A DNA stretch of 64,000 nt from Pseudomonadota bacterium (GTDB lineage Bacteria; Pseudomonadota; Gammaproteobacteria; Burkholderiales; REEB80), in NCBI GenBank assembly GCA_018971485.1, contig JAGXAQ010000001.1:323371-387370 (forward strand), in the 5' to 3' direction. The notes beneath the pieces were generated by a model. The model saw only the letters and a program-made list of their open reading frames with translations, was not told the DNA's origin and made no database searches. Both the position numbers and the translations under genes were made by a program. Shown here piece after piece: positions 58,223 through 64,000 of the stretch (its first letter is position 1; each line of letters starts with the position of its first letter).

Positions 58223-60202
58223 ATGAATTCACAGCAACAGTTAGCCGTACAATATCTTGATGGCCCCCTTCTGGTTCTGGCTGGGGCTGGCTCGGGTAAA
58301 ACCCGGGTGATTACCCATAAAATTGCGTACCTGATAGAAAAAAAAGGCTATACCGCTGACAGGATTGCAGCCATTACGTTTACCAATCGGGCGGCTAGTG
58401 AAATGCGGGAACGGGTTTTTGATCTATTAAGCAGTGAGAAGGCCCGCGGACTGACTCTTTCAACCTTTCATTCGCTGGGCATGCAGATTTTAAGGCGTGA
58501 TGCACGGGCAATAGGCTATAAACCTGAATTTTCCGTTTTTGATTCGGCAGACAGCCTTCAGGTTCTTAATGAAATGCTTCGGACAACTGATTTGGCCCAG
58601 GTCAAACGGGTGAGTGCTGCCATTTCCCGCCTCAAGAATTTGCTGGTTTCCCCGCAACAGGCCCGGGCCGGAGCCCAGACAGAAGATGAGAGTACCATAG
58701 CTTCCTGCTATGATCAGTATCAATCTACGCTCAAGGCCTATCAGGCGGTGGATTTTGATGATCTGATCCGGCTTCCGGTGGACCTGCTTGAATCCTGTCC
58801 TGACGTGCTTGAGCGTTGGAGAATGAAGCTTCAGTATTTGCTGATTGATGAATATCAGGATACCAACTCCTGCCAGTATCGTTTGATTCGGCTGCTGTCT
58901 GGCCAGGCCGGGCAGTTTACGGCGGTAGGGGATGATGATCAGGCCATTTATGCCTGGCGTGGTGCAAGTTCCGAGCATATCCAGATCCTGAGTCAGGATT
59001 ACCCTTCGCTCAAGGTTATCAAGCTGGAGCAGAATTATCGTTCTACTGCCCGTATTTTGAGATCGGCTAACACGTTGATAGCTCACAACCCCAAGATTTA
59101 CGAAAAGAAGCTTTGGAGTGACCGGGGTTTAGGCGATCGGATTGAAGTCGTTCTTGCCAATCATGAAGAGCATGAAGCTGAACTGGTCGTTCGGAAAATT
59201 GAATTGCATCGCATGAGTTCGAGAACCCGCTATTCAGACTATGCTATTTTGTATCGCGGGAATCATCAGGCCCGCCACTATGAGCAACAATTGCGTAATT
59301 CCAGAATCCCTTACCTTCTGAGTGGGGGGGCTTCCTTTTTTGACCGCCTTGAAATCAAGGGTGTCATATCCTGGTTAAGGGTGCTAACCAATCCTGATGA
59401 CAACCCGGCATTTCTTCGTGCAGTTACGATACCCCGTCGTGGGATAGGGGCCCAGACACTGGAGAAGCTTGGGGTATATGCAACCAGTCGCAGTGTCAGT
59501 CTTTTCGCTGCTATATCCGAGGTCGGGCTTCAGGAGCACCTTCAGCCTCGCCAGGCTGATCTTTTGTATCAGTTTGGTGATTTTATAGGACGACTTAGGG
59601 AGGAGATGGAGCAAAAACCTGTAGTATCTATGCTGGATTTCATGATGGAGGCCATTGGATATCAGGCATGGATTTTTGAGTCTGCCGAGCCTGAGCGGGC
59701 CCGTTCCCAGTGGAAGAATGTTTGTGAATTTGTTGAGTGGATCGGGAAGAAGGCGCAAGAGTCCGGGAAATCCATGAAAGAACTGGTCCAGTCCATTGCG
59801 TTAATCAATCTGTTGGATGGCCAGGATGACACGATGGTAGATGCAGTTAAGCTATCAACACTTCATGCCGCCAAGGGACTGGAGTTTGATCATGTGTACA
59901 TGGTGGGGGTGGAAGAAGGGATCTTGCCTCATCGAGAATCGGTGGAAGAAGGGCGTGTCGAAGAAGAGCGCCGTCTGATGTATGTCGGCATGACACGCGC
60001 CAGAAAAACCCTGACTATTAGCTATTGTAAAAAACGTCGAAGGGCCCGGGATTACGTGCCGGTAGAATCAAGCCGTTTTATTGGTGAACTCTATGACGAG
60101 GATTTAAGGTTTTCAGGGCAGGATTTACCTGCTGAGGAACAAAAGGTCCAGGCCGCCGGGTGGCTGGAGAAAATGCATGCCATGGTGAATCGTGAGCGTT
60201 GA
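58223..60202 (+). CDS. rep: ATP-dependent DNA helicase Rep (UvrD/SF1 family)
   Basis: 659 aa with 'AGAGSGKTRVITHKIAYLI', 'LLIDEYQDTN', 'VGDDDQAIYAWRGA', 'LEQNYRST', 'STLHAAKGLEFDHVYMVG' and 'RRLMYVGMTRA'. Size and sequence are closer to Rep than to UvrD. Confidence 0.88.
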   Translation: MNSQQQLAVQYLDGPLLVLAGAGSGKTRVITHKIAYLIEKKGYTADRIAAITFTNRAASEMRERVFDLLSSEKARGLTLSTFHSLGMQILRRDARAIGYKPEFSVFDSADSLQVLNEMLRTTDLAQVKRVSAAISRLKNLLVSPQQARAGAQTEDESTIASCYDQYQSTLKAYQAVDFDDLIRLPVDLLESCPDVLERWRMKLQYLLIDEYQDTNSCQYRLIRLLSGQAGQFTAVGDDDQAIYAWRGASSEHIQILSQDYPSLKVIKLEQNYRSTARILRSANTLIAHNPKIYEKKLWSDRGLGDRIEVVLANHEEHEAELVVRKIELHRMSSRTRYSDYAILYRGNHQARHYEQQLRNSRIPYLLSGGASFFDRLEIKGVISWLRVLTNPDDNPAFLRAVTIPRRGIGAQTLEKLGVYATSRSVSLFAAISEVGLQEHLQPRQADLLYQFGDFIGRLREEMEQKPVVSMLDFMMEAIGYQAWIFESAEPERARSQWKNVCEFVEWIGKKAQESGKSMKELVQSIALINLLDGQDDTMVDAVKLSTLHAAKGLEFDHVYMVGVEEGILPHRESVEEGRVEEERRLMYVGMTRARKTLTISYCKKRRRARDYVPVESSRFIGELYDEDLRFSGQDLPAEEQKVQAAGWLEKMHAMVNRER

Positions 60203-60242
60203 TTTTTCTGCAGGATAATGGAACTCCTGGGGCCCACGTGAA

Positions 60243-61466
60243 TTAAAGGGTTGTGTCATGCAGCCTGTCCAGGATGCTCTGGATTGAACAATCGGCATTT
60301 TTTAAGGCTACTGAACACAGTTCATTCATGATTTTCTTGAGTTGCTGCGCATTGGCCCCATCAACCGGGGGTAAGTTTGATTCACCCCAGAAGAACAGTC
60401 TGGTCAGTTCTGAAAAATGGCGTTGTGGTATGGTATGGGCCATAATCCAGCCTTGTTCATGCTGGTAGATGTAGTGTTTTGCAGCCAGCAACTGCAGTAA
60501 ATCTTCCAATGGTTTGGGTTCAATATCGATTCTATCCAGTAGATGTTGTGTTGAAACCGGCTTTTTGGATGACTCAAGGGTAGATAGAATAAGTAGGCTG
60601 GTAAAGATTTCCCAGCCGGTCTGGCGGGGGCGTGTCGTTTCATGATAGTGAAATTCTTTTAGTGATGCAGTAAGAACTGCACCCCATAAAATGACTATCC
60701 ATGATAGATCGATCCAAATCAGAAAAATAGGAGCAATGGCAAATGTTCCATATATGGTTTGATAGGTCGAGAAGCTATGCAGATAAAAGCCAAATCCAAC
60801 TTTCATGATTTCGAACAGAATTCCGGCAGCCGTTCCTCCGATGAGAGCGTGCCTGGGGGGAATCTGACGGCTGGCAACTGTTGCATACAGGAGAGTCAGG
60901 CCTGAAATGGTAATCAATCCAGGTAGAATACTTAATATGATTTCATTGAGAACAGAGGTTCGAACATAAGGCAGGTTAAGCAGCCAGTGAGTCATGGAAA
61001 TACTGCTGCCTAGCAATACGGGGCCCAGGCTTAAGACTGCCCAATAGAGAATCAGGCGTTGAAGGATTGTGCGAGACTCATGCACTCGCCAGATATGGTT
61101 GAATGTTTGCTCAATGGTGTTCATGAGTAAGAATGCAGTGATGCATAAGACACTTAAGCCGACCAGAGTCATGTTGACCGCGTTGGCTGAGAACTGGTTG
61201 AAGTAATGATAGATAAGGGTACCAGCCGATGTGTCAGGCATGAAGTTGTTGAATACAAATCCTTTCAGTTCCTCAATAATTCCGGAAAAGGCCGGGAAGG
61301 CGGCACTTAAGGCCAGAATGATGGTTAAGACAGGAACAAGGGATAAAAGAGTGGTAAACGTCAGGTTGGCCGAAATTTGCATGCAGTTGTTTGCCTGGAA
61401 CCGGCGCATGACATAACGCAGAAAAGCAGACAGGCGTCTTAAGGAGTGGAGGCGGAAAGCATGCAT
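60243..61466 (-). CDS. yihY: YihY/BrkB-family inner-membrane protein
   Basis: 407 aa. N-terminal 'ANLTFTTLLSLVPVLTIIL' and a six-TM core are typical of YihY. There is an extra C-terminal soluble domain. Confidence 0.75.
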   Translation of the reverse strand: MHAFRLHSLRRLSAFLRYVMRRFQANNCMQISANLTFTTLLSLVPVLTIILALSAAFPAFSGIIEELKGFVFNNFMPDTSAGTLIYHYFNQFSANAVNMTLVGLSVLCITAFLLMNTIEQTFNHIWRVHESRTILQRLILYWAVLSLGPVLLGSSISMTHWLLNLPYVRTSVLNEIILSILPGLITISGLTLLYATVASRQIPPRHALIGGTAAGILFEIMKVGFGFYLHSFSTYQTIYGTFAIAPIFLIWIDLSWIVILWGAVLTASLKEFHYHETTRPRQTGWEIFTSLLILSTLESSKKPVSTQHLLDRIDIEPKPLEDLLQLLAAKHYIYQHEQGWIMAHTIPQRHFSELTRLFFWGESNLPPVDGANAQQLKKIMNELCSVALKNADCSIQSILDRLHDTTL

Positions 61467-61534
61467 GAAGAAAACCCGTCTGATTATGTCGCCCCCTATT
61501 CTAGCCGGGTTTTATGCTGCCTTGAAGGGCCTGT

Positions 61535-62149
61535 TTATTTTGGGGTTGACATATAGTCAATCGCTGCGCTGAGCTGGGCCTGTGTCAAGGAAGGATTTCC
61601 GCCGTGAGGGGGCATGGCCTTGTAGCCATTCATGGCGTGTTCAAGGAGTACAGCTTTTCCCTTGGCAAGGTGGGGTGCCCATTCGGTTGCGCTGAAGGCT
61701 TTGGGTGCACCTAACACGCCACTACCATGACAAGCAATACAAGTTTCATTGAATACTTTTTTCCCTTCTGTTCGTTCAGAGCTGGATACAACAGTGTGGG
61801 CAGCTGTTTTGCCGGAATCCGGGCCTGCTGATTTGGCTGCACCAGAAGGTGAAGCAGCGTTAGAGGGCAGCGGGTTGGAGGGGGTAGGGGTGCTGCTGGC
61901 ACCAGAAAGGGCTGTGGCTGGCATGGGTGCGTGGGAGCCTGGAGCAATATTGACTGTACCAAAAGGCCGGATATTGTTTGCTATGGCTTCAGGGCTGAGT
62001 GGTTTTCCGGAAGAAGGGTGGGTAAGACTAAAACCCAGATATGCAATTAAAATGATGAGCAGGACGAGTGCAACAAGTCCAAGCAGGATTTCATGTAATT
62101 CCCATTTTTTCCTGTCTTGGGCTCTGGTTTCTACGGTATTATTTTTCAT
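61535..62149 (-). CDS. membrane-anchored monohaem c-type cytochrome (c5 family)
   Basis: An N-terminal TM anchor is followed by a long Pro/Ser/Ala linker. The C-terminal domain has 'CIACHGSGVLGAPK...W' and 'GYKAMPPHGG', typical of cytochrome c5. Confidence 0.8.
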   Translation of the reverse strand: MKNNTVETRAQDRKKWELHEILLGLVALVLLIILIAYLGFSLTHPSSGKPLSPEAIANNIRPFGTVNIAPGSHAPMPATALSGASSTPTPSNPLPSNAASPSGAAKSAGPDSGKTAAHTVVSSSERTEGKKVFNETCIACHGSGVLGAPKAFSATEWAPHLAKGKAVLLEHAMNGYKAMPPHGGNPSLTQAQLSAAIDYMSTPK

Positions 62150-62458
62150 TCTCTTGTCATCCTGTGGGGTTGGTCTGCCGCGGAGTAAGCATGCCTGCTC
62201 TCATGTTATTGAAGCAAGGAAGGTTGGAAGTACTGGGTGGGCTGGATGATAACTTTCTGAGCAACTATCATGAAATTCAAGACCCTTAAATACTAAATAT
62301 GTTTGTTTAAATTATAAGCTTCTTCTTTGGCAGGATGAAGACCCGGCTGGTCTGCCATAAGGATAAAGCTAAAATGATTGAGCTAAATCAAATTGTCCGG
62401 TTTTACCCTGGATAGATGTTAGCGCTTTAAGGGTTAGGTTCTTTTCTTTGCGTTAGGG

Positions 62459-62464
62459 TATAAT
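62459..62464 (+). promoter_or_regulatory. candidate -10 box (TATAAT) of the tRNA-Arg promoter
   Basis: Perfect TATAAT 44 nt upstream of the tRNA 5' end. No convincing -35 element. Confidence 0.3.
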
Positions 62465-62507
62465 GCTAACGAAAGCCGGGTAGTCATCTTGGATTACTTA
62501 TGTGCGT

Positions 62508-62584
62508 GCGCTCGTAGCTCAGATGGATAGAGTATTGGTTTCCGAAGCCAAGGGTCGTGGGTTCGACTCCCGCCGAGCGCGCCA
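62508..62584 (+). tRNA. tRNA-Arg (anticodon CCG), CCA encoded
   Basis: Hand-folded cloverleaf. The acceptor is GCGCTCG/CGAGCGC and the D arm is GCTC..GAGT. The anticodon stem is TTGGT/GCCAA with loop TTCCGAA, giving anticodon CCG. The T arm is GTGGG-TTCGACT-CCCGC, with discriminator G and CCA. Confidence 0.9.
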
Positions 62585-62599
62585 GTTATGGTTAAAAAT

Positions 62600-62631
62600 G
62601 GGCGCTGGCCCAGGTCGCCCGCTTTTATTTT
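62600..62631 (+). terminator. candidate terminator after tRNA-Arg
   Basis: GGGCG...CGCCC stem followed by GCTTTTATTTT. Confidence 0.45.
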
Positions 62632-62787
62632 GTGCATTGTCTCTGCCAGGGAGACAGAGCTGCCACGGATGGTGGCGGTTTTATCTTCTATCACGATCTC
62701 ATCCACCAGTAGATTCAACTAGCCCTTGGCTAGCATCAGCTTCTCCTGCAATAGCTCGCCGAACACATCTACTTTAGGCGGCAATAT
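62632..62787 (-). pseudogene. 3'-terminal remnant of a recombinase-like gene (resembles the tail of large serine recombinases), with an in-frame stop
   Basis: The minus-strand frame reads 'ILPPKVDVFGELLQEKLMLAKG*LNLLVDEIVIEDKTATIRGSSVSLAETMHKIK'. It has a TAG at 62719-62721 and an upstream TGA at 62788-62790, and no N-terminal part. The similarity is judged from memory only. Confidence 0.35.
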
Positions 62788-62975
62788 TCATTCCTCGTGT
62801 CTTCCCATGTACCTGCATAGTAAACATCCCCTATCTCTCCCCTTTTCCATGAACTAGCAGAACGCACCACTTCACTACCCCCTGAAGCTTTGTGGTTACA
62901 GGCGGAGTATCTGGTGCGTTCTGGTAGAATTAATTACCTCCATGTTGCTAGAGCAGCTTTAGCCCGGTGACAGGG

Positions 62976-63584
62976 TCAAAGCGATTGGAGATAAGCAGCT
63001 AGATCCTGCATTTGTTTTGCGTTGAGCTTGGCTGCAATGTTCATCATGATGGGATTGCTTCTTGATCCTGCCTTGAAGGCCATCAACTGACGAACGATAT
63101 AGGCTTTCTGCTGTCCAGCCAACCGGGGGAAAGATCCGATCCCCTGGGCCGCTGCTCCATGACAGGCTTCGCAGGCAGGCACGTTCTCTGCCTTGATTCC
63201 ATTCTGGAATATGGCTTCCCCTGCTTTTACCTCATTGGCAGGGCCAGGTGTTCCAGAAGATGGGGGCAAGCTGGCATAATAATGGGCCAGATTCTGGATC
63301 ATGGTATCGTTTAAGCGGGATGCCATACCCCACATGTAGGCTTGCGCATCCGGGTCAGCCCTTGAGTGATCCCGGAATGCCTTAAGTTGTGTCTCTAGGT
63401 AGGATGCATTCTGGCCGGCAAGTTTAGGGAAGATCGGAGAGATGCTGATCCCGTTTGCTCCATGGCAGGCGGCACAGATAGCGTTAGCAAAATTAGCTGT
63501 ATGGTCTGATTGCGTTTGTGCTTGTGCGGGTAGCGCACTCACCAGAACGCTCAGGCTAGCTAGAAGAAGAAATAGGCGTCTCAT
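62976..63584 (-). CDS. dihaem cytochrome c4 (periplasmic)
   Basis: Signal peptide 'MRRLFLLLASLSVLVSALPAQA'. It has two CXXCH motifs ('CAACHG', 'CEACHG'), each followed by the 'FPKLAGQ/FPRLAGQ ... Y..QL.AF' pattern diagnostic of c4. Confidence 0.9.
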   Translation of the reverse strand: MRRLFLLLASLSVLVSALPAQAQTQSDHTANFANAICAACHGANGISISPIFPKLAGQNASYLETQLKAFRDHSRADPDAQAYMWGMASRLNDTMIQNLAHYYASLPPSSGTPGPANEVKAGEAIFQNGIKAENVPACEACHGAAAQGIGSFPRLAGQQKAYIVRQLMAFKAGSRSNPIMMNIAAKLNAKQMQDLAAYLQSL

Positions 63585-63598
63585 TTTGTGCTTCCCTT

Positions 63599-64000
63599 TT
63601 AGAAGTTGAACCAGCCAAGCAGGTAGAGGGTATTGTTGTCGGATGCGCTGCGGCCTAGGCCGTCATAATTGCTTGATCCCCCGTTGAACTTGGTATACAT
63701 GGTGTACTGGAGCGAGAACTTGGTATTGAGCCAGGGCAGGTAATCCAGTTCTGCGACATAGCCTCGCGTATCCGGGCTGTTGTTGGCGCTTCCTGAATAG
63801 GCTGAGCCACTCGGGTAGAGTGCGGCATCGGAGGTTCCCGTGGTATTGAAGAAGCCGAATGTGCCGCCAATCTGGTGGGCGTAGAGATAGGACGCTGTCA
63901 GGCGGAGCTCATTGAGCTTGTCCTTGAGATTGGAGGCGCCTCCACTGGCAAAGGCTGCACCCAGGGTCTGGCTTTCATGGATGTAGCGCCCCTGAAGGGT
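63599..64000 (-). CDS. C-terminal 133 codons of an outer-membrane beta-barrel protein (5' end outside window; not in supplied ORF track)
   Basis: I translated the minus frame by hand. It is open from 64000 down to the TAA at 63599-63601. It ends '...KFSLQYTMYTKFNGGSSNYDGLGRSASDNNTLYLLGWFNF*'. It is rich in Gly/Ser/Thr/Asn/Tyr, has alternating amphipathic strands and ends in a terminal Phe, the OMP signature. The listed 71-aa ORF 63655-63870 is in the wrong frame. Confidence 0.7.
   Translation of the reverse strand, partial: TLQGRYIHESQTLGAAFASGGASNLKDKLNELRLTASYLYAHQIGGTFGFFNTTGTSDAALYPSGSAYSGSANNSPDTRGYVAELDYLPWLNTKFSLQYTMYTKFNGGSSNYDGLGRSASDNNTLYLLGWFNF

Noticed and set aside
62494-62718. 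Listed 74-aa minus-strand ORF overlapping the tRNA
   Set aside because: Its C-terminal half is the antisense translation of tRNA-Arg and its terminator. Only the N-terminal about 30 residues look like a real (decayed) coding remnant, and that part is reported as a pseudogene.
63655-63870. Listed 71-aa minus-strand ORF ('MAAHSASSIPREPP...')
   Set aside because: It is in the wrong frame. A different minus-strand frame is open across the whole 63602-64000 stretch and gives a convincing OMP C-terminus. This ORF has a Pro/Ser/Arg-rich shadow composition.

Overview
This window looks like an ordinary, gene-dense chromosomal region. Gene order resembles a beta-proteobacterium (metX-metW-ampG, aroQ-accB-accC-prmA-DUF3426, gshA-gshB-PTS), but that is inference from synteny only. 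I call about 60 CDSs and one tRNA. I found no CRISPR array, intact IS element or prophage.

Main blocks:
- Nitrogen control: ubiK, then glnK-amtB at 0.1-2.4 kb and glnA / DUF4124-ntrB / ntrC at 19.1-24.0 kb. Sigma-54 promoters and NtrC-type palindromes are readable upstream of both glnK and glnA.
- Housekeeping: ybiT, gshAB, a permease-less PTS (EIIA-Man/HPr/EI), metXW, ampG, two ExoIII paralogs, pyrE, prlC, a FUSC membrane protein, a CDF transporter, aroE, mtgA, lysA, lptM, cyaY, argH, hemCD, cutA-dsbD, aroQ-accBC-prmA, tpx, apaH, rep and yihY.
- A tightly coupled type IV pilus minor-pilin operon, pilE-like/fimT/pilV/pilW/pilX/pilY1, at 30.2-36.8 kb on the minus strand.
- A four-gene c-di-GMP / two-component module at 47.35-54.9 kb.
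- A cytochrome-rich right end: a c5-type cytochrome, tRNA-Arg(CCG) and a dihaem c4 cytochrome.

I did not find a clearly novel multi-gene system. The most interesting items are:
- A truncated outer-membrane beta-barrel gene runs off the window end, is missing from the ORF track, and sits 14 nt upstream of the dihaem c4 cytochrome. The arrangement is cyc2-cyc1-like.
- A decayed recombinase-like fragment lies next to tRNA-Arg.
- The c-di-GMP module has a degenerate GGDEF next to an intact EAL.
- An unusual 378-bp spacer splits ntrB from ntrC.

All family assignments come from motif recognition and remembered homologues. No searches were run.
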